NCBI GenBank assembly: GCA_012026655.1
Contig: JAAILG010000778.1
Span: forward strand, 1-64,000
Reading direction: 5' to 3'
Length of the DNA: 64,000 bases
From: Hydrolagus affinis
Taxonomy: Eukaryota
The position numbers were made by a program, and so were the translations under genes. The notes beneath the pieces are model-generated. The model did no database searches. It saw nothing but the letters and a program-made list of their open reading frames with translations, and was not told where the DNA came from. Positions 1 through 11,520 of this stretch are shown here, in pieces. How positions within the stretch are numbered: position 1 is the first letter of the stretch; each line of letters opens with the position of its first letter.

Positions 1-302
1 CCGAACCGCCCCACCATCGGAGGTCGGGCCTTCAGTTTCTCCGCTCCCACCCTATGGAACTCTATCCCCCAATCCCTTCGTCTCGTTTCTTCCCTTTCCT
101 CTTTCAAGGCCGGTTTGAAGACTTTCCTCTTCGACCGTGCCTTTTGTTCCACCCCGAATTTTTCAACCTCCTCTTCGTGTTTCAACCCCGCCCAAACACT
201 CCCCTCCCAGCTCGGGTCACACTCCCCCTGTGCAGCGCCTTGGGACGTCCTCCCGACGTGAAAGGCGCTCTATAAATGTAATTTGTTGTTGTTGTTGTTG
301 TT
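1..302 (+). mobile_element. L2 LINE 3' end (young, CpG-rich)
   Basis: Frame 1 reads PNRPTIGGRAFSFSAPTLWNSIPQSLRL...FKAGLKTFLF, typical of the L2 ORF2 C-terminus. It is followed by the stem-loop tail gcagcgccttgggacgtcc...gaaaggcgctctataaat and (TTG)n. Confidence 0.9.
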
Positions 303-1067
303 AATGTAAGTCTAGGCGTTACCTGCCTCTTGGTCCCTAATAGGATCACAGCACAGAGAAAGAAAACTCTGCTCAGTCCATTTGCATTCAGATACTCATA
401 GCCATCTTTTCTGAGTGATAACAGAAACATGGAGCATTCTCAGACTAAAGTGGAGATTGTGGCTAAATTGATCTGCATTATTCATTATCATATTAAATAA
501 ACAAAAATGGGATTTGACATTTCAGATGTGTATAAGTTTTGATGTGGGGTGGGGGGAATGCAGAGTTGGCTCCTGTCAGCAACCCTGATTGATAGAGGTA
601 TATTTTATGTATTAATGTATTCAGGGTGAGTTATCAATATTTAGATTCAAACAGTTGCTTCAACAATTGAAGACAGCATGTTAAATAGAGTTATCAATTT
701 GAAGGAGAGATGAAGGAGATGTTGGCAAGTTGTTTACAGTAGCTGCTGTGACAATTGGCTAAATTTCAATTGCAGTACACAAAATAGCAACCACAGCAGA
801 TAACATGATATCCTGTTACTCTGTTGCCCTGGAAAATAAATCTGAATGGAAGTGTTGGCTGTAATCTGTGTCTGTGTCGATTTTTCACCTAAATTTTGTG
901 AGGATGTGTAGGGTTCATCTTCCCTCCAAAGGAATGGAAAATACATAATCCTATGTGATAATTATCACTGGTCATGATTGCACAACTGGAGACAACTTCC
1001 TCTCCTACCTGCTCTCCACATCAACACATCTTTGTTTAGTTACTGCAGCCACTATCAGGTATTTGAA

Positions 1068-1210
1068 ACAAAACACAAAATACTACAGATGCTGGAAATC
1101 TGAAAAAAAAACAGAAGTTGCTGGGAAAACTCAGCAGGTCAGGCAGCATCCATGGAGCAAGGAAAGTGAGTCAACATTTCGGGTCCACAACTCTTTGTCA
1201 GATATTTGAA
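1068..1210 (-). mobile_element. Penelope-like element terminal repeat (shark type) with decayed hammerhead core
   Basis: The motif cagatgctggaaatctg...cagcaggtcaggcagcatc...gagtcaacatttc is shared with 37295-37380. The minus strand reads CUGACAA...GACCC-GAAAUGUU. Confidence 0.6.
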
Positions 1211-1699
1211 CTTTCTGCCACGTGGAGGCACACATTTCAGCTCTGGTTCAGGGAACACACCTAATCCAACTTTTAAAGGCAAAAAGGACAACTCAAAGGG
1301 CTTAACAATCGGCATCATGCCGAACAAACAGTGTGACAAAATAAACAGCAGTAGGGTAGAAAATAGAAAAGAGAAAAAGAAGAAAATAGATATCAAATGT
1401 TACACTAAGTTGTAGTTGGAAGAAAACGTATCTTTTTTTTAAAAAAAACGACAGGATTAAACAGCAGGAAATCGAAACTGTGGAATAACAAATGACTCCT
1501 GTCAAAGAGATCAATGGAAACTGCTGGGCCCTGTGCAGAGAAATAATGGCAGCTGTCAGTAGCTATACTGAGGTGAATGTTACCATTGTGGGTGCAGCAC
1601 AGAATTTGTTTTACACTAGATTGAAAAGAATTAGGATTTTAATAACAATTTTTTTTTCTGCTCTCCTATCCATGGGTTGTTTATTTGTGCAGTGATATA

Positions 1700-1834
1700 A
1701 ATAATAATAATTAGTCCTTGCATTATGATATAAAGCCTTAGCATAGTGTCAACATGTCTTAATGCACTCACACTTCTGTCTTAAAGAATTACTGGTTATT
1801 TGTAGGCAAACACTCATTTGCACATAGCGATGTT
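1700..1834 (-). mobile_element. 3' tail of an old Deu-type SINE (continues at 2152)
   Basis: (TAA)n plus ccttgcatt...ttgtaggcaaacac...tttgcacatagcgatgtt is a diverged SINE tail, collinear with 2152 onward. Confidence 0.55.
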
Positions 1835-2150
1835 ATAATAATAAATAATAATCCTACATTTGATATAGTGCTCTTCATGTCTTCTAGACAGCTCGAAGCA
1901 CTTCACAGAATTTAATGTAAAGTAAATTGACTGTATATTTGTGGGCGAAACATGACAGTCAATTCTGCACAGCAGTGTCCTACAAATAGTCGTGGATTGA
2001 AATGACCAATGCACTATTGTGGTTTCTTTTGAGAGATTATTATCAGGCATGTGGGGTAAGGAAACTTGCCCAAAGTTTCCCCCTGCCGGAATTCAACCGA
2101 GGTCTCTGGCTTGTGAGATGAGTGCTCTAACCACTGAGCTACAAAACTGC
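1835..2150 (-). mobile_element. Full-length tRNA-derived SINE (SINE2-type, L2-like tail)
   Basis: The reverse complement has an A-box head (tagctcagtggttagagc), a B-box-like sequence, a body shared with 15621-15952, and an (ATT)n tail. Confidence 0.9.
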
Positions 2151-2151
2151 A

Positions 2152-2385
2152 CAAGGATGTTCCACAAATAGCTATTGAAGTGAATGACCAATTTTATCTG
2201 GAGGATGTTCGGCCAGGACACCGAGAGGAACTCATTTAACTTTTGCAACAGTGCAATAGGATCCGTATGGTCCACTTGAACAGGGACCTTGGTTTAACTT
2301 TTCATCCAAAGGAGCTCAAAGCTCTGTCAATGACATGCTCCCCCATCAATGCACTGAAGTCCCAGTTCATAGGCTCAAAGTGCTC
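2152..2385 (-). mobile_element. AmnSINE1/Deu-domain SINE body
   Basis: ggccaggacaccgagaggaactc...agtgcaataggatc...gtccacttga...ccttggtttaac...catccaaag resembles the Deu core as recalled. Paralogous to 57304-57560. Confidence 0.7.
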
Positions 2386-2387
2386 AC

Positions 2388-2500
2388 ATAATAATAATCC
2401 TTGCATTTGATACAGAGCTTTTCATGTCTTCTAGACGTGGCAGCCAATTGCGCACAACAGTGTCCCACAAACAGTTATGAATTGATGACCAAATTATTTT
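2388..2500 (-). mobile_element. SINE 3' fragment with internal deletion
   Basis: The tail matches the SINE family but jumps from tctagacgt directly to ggcagccaattgcgcac. Confidence 0.8.
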
Positions 2501-2589
2501 TTTTGCTGGCGGGCTTAAACCCACAACCCACTGTGACAGTGCTACCAACTGTACTAGGCTGACACCTATAGTTCCACAGGTATTCATTG

Positions 2590-2935
2590 ATGATTGGTAT
2601 CTCTCGCACTATGTGAGTATAGATAGTAAACACCACCTGGCAAATTGATCTTGAAGGATATCACAGCCAAACTCCATCAATGTCATTGCATCAGCTGATG
2701 TCCAGTGGGTGATCCACATTAACGGGTATCCGGATGAGAAGTGGGAACCTCACCTGTTATGTTCTCTCTCCTTTCTCTCCCCCACCCAATCCTCTAACAG
2801 ATCCACATACCAATGTCAACCTCCCACTGCCGGTTTGCTCAGTTCACGCTCAACAAACCAGGCACAGATGAGGGATCAGCCCTGAGATCTTCCTTGTCTG
2901 CTTGGCCTACATACACCATTGCCATCATAGCTCTC
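2590..2935 (-). mobile_element. Ancient AmnSINE2/MamSINE1-like SINE
   Basis: Diverged motifs atcacagcc, gggtatccggatgagaagtgggaacc and gggatcagccctgagatcttcct appear in the order seen in other copies. Confidence 0.5.
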
Positions 2936-4721
2936 AGGATCGGTTCCTCTATTTTTCATGAATAATTATGTTCTACAATATTTATGGGAAGAAAGATTAA
3001 AATGGGTTGAACATATTCAGTAATAAAAAGCAATCATCAGCACACATTCCAGTGCTGGCAGAACAATGGAGGCCCTTCATTAGAGTTGGACATTTGGAAA
3101 TATATGGTCCAGACTTAACACAGACTTCGCCCGTGTTTACCTCATCACTCACTCCTCAGGCGTAAAACCCTCTTGGAGAAGCTGCACGCTGCTGCCATTC
3201 ATCTTGTCCTATGGAACTTGCCATTAATACATTTCCCACAGTACGTTTATAAATGATCTGTGTGTGCCTTTGTAACACAGAATTTTATTGTTACTGGATT
3301 TTGAAGCAGTTAATGCAGAGGCGAATGTTAGTGTTTTCTGTTTCGGCTTTTGTTGCCTTTCAACCATTTAAGTTACACAGTTAACTGGCTGCTTGGCCAG
3401 CTTTACCCTATCTGATAATTTTTGTGAATTATTTGGACATTTTTCTGATTTCTCTCTCTTCTAACCTCCCTTCCCCACCCACCCACCCCCCTCCCCTCAT
3501 TCTCTTCCCTCTCTCAACTGCTTTCTTCTTTCTCCTGTTCATTCTCTCTTGCAGCCTTCCACCAAACCCCCTCCCCCCATCTACTCTCTGCCTCGGTCTG
3601 CATCCAAAAACCTCTCAATGTGGCATTTTCAAGTAAACATTTCAGTTCAACACTGTGTTGGTTGCTTGCTCACATATCAGATATGTTCAGGATTCCCGAG
3701 TCTGTGTTGCATTGTAGAGGCTATTTTGATTTTAAATTCATAAAATATACAGGGTCATGAGTAGAAGGCTATAGTAGAGCGAGAAAAATCACTTAGCACA
3801 TCTGCATTTACACAGTGACAATGTCAGCCATCTCTTCTCCCCAATAATGTCTTCTCAGGGTGGTTCAGGCAGCTATCCTGAATGTGCTGGGCAAATGTGT
3901 GCAGCACTTATATGGCATTTTCATCACTAACATGCTATTATGTTACTCTGTTCAGTTTCTCAATATCTCTGCCTCTCTCATTTCTCCCCTTTTCATTCTC
4001 TTTGTCATTAACCCACTGTCTGCCGGGCCTGCATGAAATCGATCTGTGCTGCTGTCAGTAAAGGTGACTGGAGTGACATTGGCACTTTTCAGCCCCAGCA
4101 GAGCTGCTCTGCGGTTTGGTCCATCAGGAACACCTGAAATTATTTTGCATGTTTTTTGCTTATTCTCCCTGGAGCAGAGTTCTTTGTGGTTACTTTCCTC
4201 ATGTGCCCAGGGACCCACAGTGAGATAGATTTGTGTGCCATTACTACCTCGGAACCCACTGACCATATAAATTAATTCCAGTCGCTATCACTGGTGAAAT
4301 GGAGGGCACAGCATTTAGATCAGTAAGTTTCGGAGGCTGAAACTGAACACATCTGTAAAGATGCATTGTACATATGAAACACCCTGAGCCAGTACCATTT
4401 CTTCTTTACGTTCAACTGCAAAGTGATGGATCTATTACCTGATCTGCTCTTTGCCCTTTTGGCTGGGGAACTATCCTGATCAGGGAAAGACTGAAAAGGG
4501 GAGAGAAAAATGTATTGAAACATAACTAAAAATGTTTTAGGAAAGACACTTCTTGGTGTGTGAGTTGGTAAGGGCACTGCTCTGTTCATCTGAGATATAC
4601 AGACGTGGAAAGCGCCAGGTTCAGTTGCCTGATCTGAGAGCTGATCTTAGTCGGGTAGGATTAGGGCTGTTACAATAAGCCCCACCGATAAAAGTCCCTC
4701 ATTCCCATCACTAACAATAAA

Positions 4722-4891
4722 TCGGTCATTTCAATCCACGTCTGTCTGTGGGACATTCCTGTGCACAATTGGCTGCCATGTTTCGCCCACAAATATATAC
4801 TTTACAATGTATTCTGTGAAGCGCTTTGAGACATCTAGAAAATGTGAAAAGTGCTATATCAAATGCAAGGATAATTATTACTATTATTATT
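4722..4891 (+). mobile_element. SINE 3' half
   Basis: ggtcatttcaatccacg...tgtgaagcgctttgagacatctagaa...aaatgcaaggataattatta. Confidence 0.85.
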
Positions 4892-7399
4892 CCACTCCGT
4901 TCATAATAACATAGCCTGCCAAATACTTGTTTCAGTACAAAATTTCTGCCTGGTTGAGGTACTGTAGAGTGGCTTCTGCAACCGTATCTTAGCAAGAGTT
5001 AGCTCTGGCTCTAATACTAGCAATTTCGCTACATTTCATAAATTTTCTACCTGCGAAGTTGAGACTTCCCATTCAGAGTCTTTAAATTAACCACATCATA
5101 CACATTTCATGTACAAGAACTGGAACAGAAAAAAAGCTTGATGCTAAAATAGGTGGATGGCAGAGTGGATATTCTGGGAGGAAGAGATTAAATGTTTATC
5201 CTTTTAAACCTTTTCAACTTCTTCATCCAAACCGCCCTTGTGATCTTGTGAACCACCTGTTCTATGAATTTTAAGTAGAGTGTATTCTGAACTCTGTTAA
5301 GAGTGAGGCCTATCAAAATCTCACAGGCAAATTGAGTCCTGTATAGTATGGAGCCAGCAGCTATTACGTTTGTTCATTGACTGAAATACCAGTGGACAAA
5401 GCCATTCTCAAGCATTTGTGACATACCTTTTTACTTCAGTTCAACAAAAATATTTTGTGACACGTGTTGAATCCTTTTTTTTGAAAAAAAGAAGTTTTAA
5501 ACAATTGAAATGCAGGCTGTAATCCCTGGTGGATCGATAATGTGGAGTGTCATATAAAACTTTAATTGCTCTGCTTTTTACAATTCTGTCCTCTAAATGG
5601 ACACGTCTTTTACTGAAACAGTATTGCGTATGTGGGTATGTCTTGTCTTGCCTGTTCGAGGCGGTAATGCAGAGATAGAATTACAGTCTGTATATTAGCT
5701 TCTCTTGTTATAGTGTTTAAATATGTGACAGTGTTACATTCAATTAGGAGGTATGACAGATTTCTGGGCTGCTACAAATGGATGTTCATCATCGTGGTAA
5801 TTTCTAAAATGGTTGTGGAGACATGAGAGACTAATCATATAAAATACATTTCACGATTATAAATTGCAGCCTTATGATTCCCATCTTTCTAAGTTGCTAT
5901 AATTGAGCTTCTGTCTCACCTCTGACCAAATGCATTTTATAATATTGGCAGTCATTCCTCTTTTCCCTTGGGCTTCCCGATAATGCAGTTGGGATCAATG
6001 CAAATGCAAGGTCTCAAATCCCATTCCCCTTGAGTACACTTTAGATGAACTGAATAGTTTTTTTTTGGTGGTGGGTGGGGAGAGGAAGTGTTCTCCTTTT
6101 GGCACCTCAAACTATTTTGCGCCATCATGTTTGACAGTTAAACCCATTCCTGCTTCATTTGATATGCGCACACTTTTTCTGAGTGGGTTTCACTGGATAC
6201 TGAAAGAGAGTGGGAACCCTGGCTGATTTCTTCCCTCCTGATCCTAGGGCAGAATAAAGCTAACTAAAGCACCTCCTAATACTACCTGGAAAAACATGTA
6301 AAGACCAGTGCAGACCAGGGTATAACCTGTCATCATTAAGGCCAATTATAATGTTGCCCAGGCAGATCGTTGACCTCAGTACCATACACTTGCAGTGTTT
6401 GTCACAATAGGTATGGCTTAGGACCACACTTCTTGACACATTTAGTTACAGTGCTATTGGGTGAATTTTCACATTCACACCAGCTATTTAGATGGTTGTA
6501 AATCAGATGAGCTTCAATCTTGCAGTTTCCATAGTCTCCATGCCCTCAATGAAATTTGTGCCTTATAATTATTCAAGTAACCATTATTCTGTCTATAAAA
6601 GTATAGATTTCCAATATCAGGCCGTTAAATAAATGCCATTGTCACAGCTTGTCAAATCAAGGGTTGAAGCCCCAGAGCCTTGCTGTCTCACAATGATGTT
6701 GATATTCTCCCTTTAAGAATTGCTTTTGCTTATTACTCTTCAGTTACAAATTATTTTGCCTCCATAACTGCAGAGCTATGTTAATTAATTGAATTTAGTT
6801 AATGAAAGATTATAGCGTTTTGTTTAATAAATGGCTGGAATAATTACCTGTATTGATAGAGACACTTCAGATTTTGCTATGAAAGCACTAGCATTATTAA
6901 TAAAATTGACTAACACCGCTTCAATTCTGCACAAGTGGTGTAGAATTTAATTAGCAGATTTGCACTGTATGGCAGGTTTAATGGAAATTCATCAAGGGTT
7001 CAAGGAACAGGCCTTCAGAAGTACTATTTTAACCTCTGAAATGCTGAAATTCTTGTGAACTTAATACGATCAGCAAATGCTCAATATTAGTGGCTCAGTT
7101 ATTGAGTGGTTGTGGGCTTGATTTCTTTGTTTTACTCTTTCCTTCTCTTTGTTGCTTCTGCATTAACAATAAGTATTCCCAGCCAAGGAGCAGGCAAGCA
7201 GAATTGTGCTCCTAACCTATAGCTAGCTTGTTGCCTCTGGCTATCACTCTTCACAATGGTAGGCCAACGTTTTTTTTAAAAAAAGCTCAAGGTGAAGTGG
7301 CAGTTGATTGTATTGCAGGTTATAACTTTCTGTGTACATCTGACTGAGGTTAGAGCTGCGAGATATTTAGTTCTGTCTAAACTAACTAGTGGTGGTGTG

Positions 7400-7700
7400 G
7401 CTCCCCACAAGGACCCAGGATTTTCATGGAAACGTGGGCAGGGCCTCGGAGCGCTTAACAATGACAGAGCCTGACACCAAGCTGGGATGAGGATAAGCAC
7501 GGTGAAAGAGGAAGGTCTGCAGTCATGATCTAAAGGAAGGGGAAGGAGGGGGCAAGGTAGAGGGATTTAGGAGAATGAGTTTCAAAGCTTCAAGGCATTG
7601 AAGTTGAAAGTACGACCGTTGACGGTGTATCAGATGGGACTTGGGAATTGCAGGATGTCAAAGTCAGCCAAGCTGAGGCAGCAGATAGTGGAATGGGGAG
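7400..7700 (-). mobile_element. Old L2 3' fragment
   Basis: Purine-rich gaggaaggtctg...ggaggggg...gggatttagg...tttcaaagct...gttgaaagtacgaccgttgacggtg parallels the L2 3' region at 54850-55000. Confidence 0.5.
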
Positions 7701-7959
7701 AAAGCAGATTGTCAAATCCTCCCATATCCTCGTATCTGTGCCCTGGCTGTCCCGCGGCTGCCTCTGTTGTCCCAGCCTTTGAGAGATTGTTCCTATCTCA
7801 GGTTCAGATCATTGGTTATTTCTTTGAGAGAGTTTCTATATAAACCCCATCTGTAACATTGACTGGCTGGAGTGGAGCTGAGTACAGTGCTGCCTCGTAC
7901 AATGCCTCTTTACTCTAGCAGCAACAGTAGTGAAATCAATCTCTCTTTGTATTAAAGTG

Positions 7960-8275
7960 GTCAGATAAGTGGTGTGACCATTGATTCTGTACCTTTCCCT
8001 ATATAAACTTGAGGCAGGCAAATCCAGAAGCTCCCAGGTCTGTGTTACACTGAGCCTCTGTGCCCCTGGGGTTGGGAAGGTTCAATCAGCTGCTGATCTC
8101 TGTCCCGGTGAAAGTGGATCTCATTGAGGACAGGCTCAGGTTTCACTGCCATAGCCACAGTGATCAAACAGCCCGCTAACATTCAATCTTGGCTCAGGCA
8201 TGAATTTTCACTTGGCAGCAGACTCCTGGGGCTTAACACTCAGCCGTCAGGTAAAAATATTGAGGGTGGGGAGAG
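7960..8275 (+). mobile_element. Ancient AmnSINE2-like SINE
   Basis: ccaggtctgtg, gcctctgtgcccctggggttgggaagg, gaggacaggctcagg and aaacagcccgctaacattca appear in consensus order. Confidence 0.55.
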
Positions 8276-9799
8276 AATGTATCAGTCGTTCAGTCAAATT
8301 TACTATAACTGAAAATTACTGTTTTGAATAATTGTTAATCTAGTGCATGTTCCTTCCACTTGGATGTATTTTGTTCAGTGTACTTTATCTTTCCGATCTA
8401 CATTTTATTTTTGGTTATTTTAATTTAATGTGTTCAAATATCCCTTTCTTTTAAAAATGGGAATAAGGTTGTGTTAATCTCTTCAGACATTTAAAACTGT
8501 GTCACCTGCTATAAAACAAGCATATCATTTCCAGGAATGAGAGGTGAGAGGACATTAAAGTGAGCTGTTTTATGGTGTCAGGCAATGGCTGAGTGCACAG
8601 AAATAAGAGCCTCATCAGCCTGCAACCACCTCAACATCTATTGAACAAATCCCCATAAAATCAGATACTGTGCAGCACCAAATACTTATTTTTCCACAGG
8701 ATCCAACCTGCTACTTTAAAAGTATTAACTCTTTAAAAAGCCAGCCTGTAATACTTTAGCAGGTAAACACATTTTCTTTTAAATTCTTTCGTCCCCAATG
8801 ATTTACCTTGGGTGGTTTAAGATTTATTTCCTCAGTTTTTAGACGAAGACTGTTGGTATTTGGGGGGAGAAAAAGCTTTCCTTATTAAAAGGTGGAATAC
8901 CTTTTTTAAAAAGTTATTTTTCACAATTTCACACAAAATGGCTTGCCTCTTTTGAATATCCTACTGTTCACCTTGTAAGGACTGGACTTCATTGTCTCAG
9001 GCCCAAGGATTTTGGACATGCTGTCAGCGGCCTGTGTCACTCACACAAATCGCTCTGATTTCCAAATGAAAACTCATTAAAACCCTTCTTCCTCATCTCC
9101 CTTGTGTAAGACTGGCCTACTTCCCTCTAGAGGCAAAATTCTCTTTTTCTCTCCACTTCCCCTTTCCCTCAGCAGCTCAGAAGCTATAATTTTGCACTGA
9201 GAATTTGCTCATCTTAGTCTGGACTGATGTGTGGATTTTGCCTACAAATTACCTACAGGTACTGTATTTTGTAGGCAAAATCCACACTTTACAATGTATC
9301 TTCCAAAGCACTTTGAGATCTCTTGATGACATAAAGTGCAAAATAAAATGCAAGCATCATTATTATTATACTAACCTGCATTGCTCTTCCCAGGCGGGTG
9401 TGTATCCAGTTTATCCACTCGTCAAGATCCCCAGTTTAATGAGGCCACACAGACATGAGAGCCAATGCAAGAGAGAGGTAGTAAGAGAAATAGCACGGGA
9501 TAAATTCAAATGAAAAATGACTATTATCAAAACCGATCACGTTGCTCCTTTTATAAATCCTCTACCTGAACACTGACTATTCAAACAGAGATGAATCACT
9601 GTGAGAAGCAGGATATTGCTTTTTTAATTAATCATGACCTGAAATTAACTGCAGCAAGAGAAATCATTTTGCCCATACGTACTTAAATGTGTAATAAATC
9701 TTTCATCCCTTTCAATTTTGTTGACTCCCATTTTCGAGTTGAGTTTTGTCCATGCGTTTTTAGTGAGAATATTTCATACACAGAAATTGGACATGGTAA

Positions 9800-9965
9800 T
9801 AATCATTTTTATATTTGATATTGTGTCCTTTCATGTCTCGAGGACATCTCAAAGCACTTAACAGCATATACTGCAAAGTATTCAATGTATTTTTTAAGCA
9901 AATGCAGCAGTCAATTTGTGTACAGCAGTGTCCCACAAATAATCATGAGGTGAAAGATCAATTGA
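9800..9965 (-). mobile_element. SINE 3' fragment
   Basis: atttgatattgtgtcctttcatgtctcgaggacatctcaaagcact...cagcagtgtcccacaaat. Confidence 0.7.
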
Positions 9966-11309
9966 TTTAGAGGATTGGTGAGTGATGTAGACCCCAACAC
10001 TGGCTTTTGGAATGCGTTTTGGAATGCATTTTGCTTTGTAAACTCAGAAAATAAAGTAATATTTCAAAACTGGATTCCTGATGCCAAATATATAATTTGT
10101 TTGGAACGGCTTAATCATTGCACAGACTGAGGTGCTCCCCACTGTGTCAGCTAATCTTTCATCCTTTCTTTCTCCAGCTGGCTGTACTGTCTCCTTCCAG
10201 AATTCACCAACCTCTTCTGTCAGATGTTCTTTCTTCTGAACCAGAAACAAAAGCTGGTCCCCAAAGAATCTCATTTTTCTAATGCTTCTAACTAATACTA
10301 ACACTTTCATTGTTTTTAAACCGACTTTAAATTCTTTAACTTCGACCATCTGAAAAGATTATTGAAGACAACATCAAGTGGAATCACTGCCTCTTTTTCC
10401 TCCCTCAGTTTGTCCCATCTCCTAAAGGTCTAATTTGGAAACTTAAACTCAGAACAATCATTTAGCATGTACCAAAACAATAGACCAAGAGGACCTGGGT
10501 GTAAAGCTTCAAAGCCAATTCCAGGAAATATTCCGTTAGTCAAAAGATAATGATGACAGGAACATATTAACAGGAAGGGTGGGTGAGCCGGGACACTGGT
10601 ATCATTTAATAATCAAATTGATGCTGTGTTTTATTGCAGTCTTAATAGAGAGAGAAGATACAACCCAGTAGTATATTCTCAGGGATGTGAATATATTGAC
10701 TAACTGCATATGTTGGTCAGAGCAGCAGTGTTTTCAGCACCATTCCTAGAAACTCAGGCCATTAATAAATTCAATGACTGTGTGAGTCTAGCCTGAAATG
10801 AGTCTTTTTTCCTCCATTGACTTTAATATGCTTTCAAAAATGCAGATTGCTGAACTGGGGCGAAAAGAACCAACAGTCATAAAAATGAGACGATCTATTC
10901 TAGCCTTTTATTTATCTTTGGGTTTTGTGGTTTCCGGCTTTTATGAGCAGAGATTAAGGAGCGGTGGCGAATTTGTGTCTGAAGCTTGTATATCAAACCT
11001 CCCAGTGAGTTCAACTCAACTCTTTCCCTGAAAAGAGCAAAAAGCTGTCCCATTGCTCAGCATGTGTCTGAGCCATATCTGAGGTGGGGAAGCCCTCAGA
11101 TTGGAATGCTGGTCTACAATGCACGAGCTGATTTCAGCCACCATGGCAGTGGTGGGCACTATAATTGGGCTCAGCACCCTGAGTTAGGGAGTGAAAATAC
11201 GGGGGGGATTTGTCTCTCACACTCCTCCAAGCAGGGATTCCCACTCCTAATGATCCCCACTTGAGGAGCGTGAGGGGTAAATTGAGGGCTGAGGGTAAAT
11301 TGAGGGCTG

Positions 11310-11520
11310 ACTTTACCATCGTAATATCTATCTACATTGTAATAATTCTTTCACATCTCAGTTTTTCACTAAAGCACAATGATTGTGTAGATGAACATAG
11401 CAATGTTCCACAAATAGCCAGGAAGCGAATAACCAATTTTGCCTGGCTAGGACACCAGGAGAAACTCCCTTCTCTATTGTGCCTTCCACATCAATTTCCC
11501 AATACATATAGACTGACTGA
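11310..11520 (-). mobile_element. Degenerate Deu-type SINE fragment
   Basis: caatgttccacaaatagcc...ggctaggacaccaggagaaactccc matches 2152-2230 and 57304-57380. Confidence 0.5.

Noticed and set aside
11271-11310. Short tandem duplications (18 bp here; also ~13202, ~51690, ~58787)
   Set aside because: Ordinary replication-slippage duplications.
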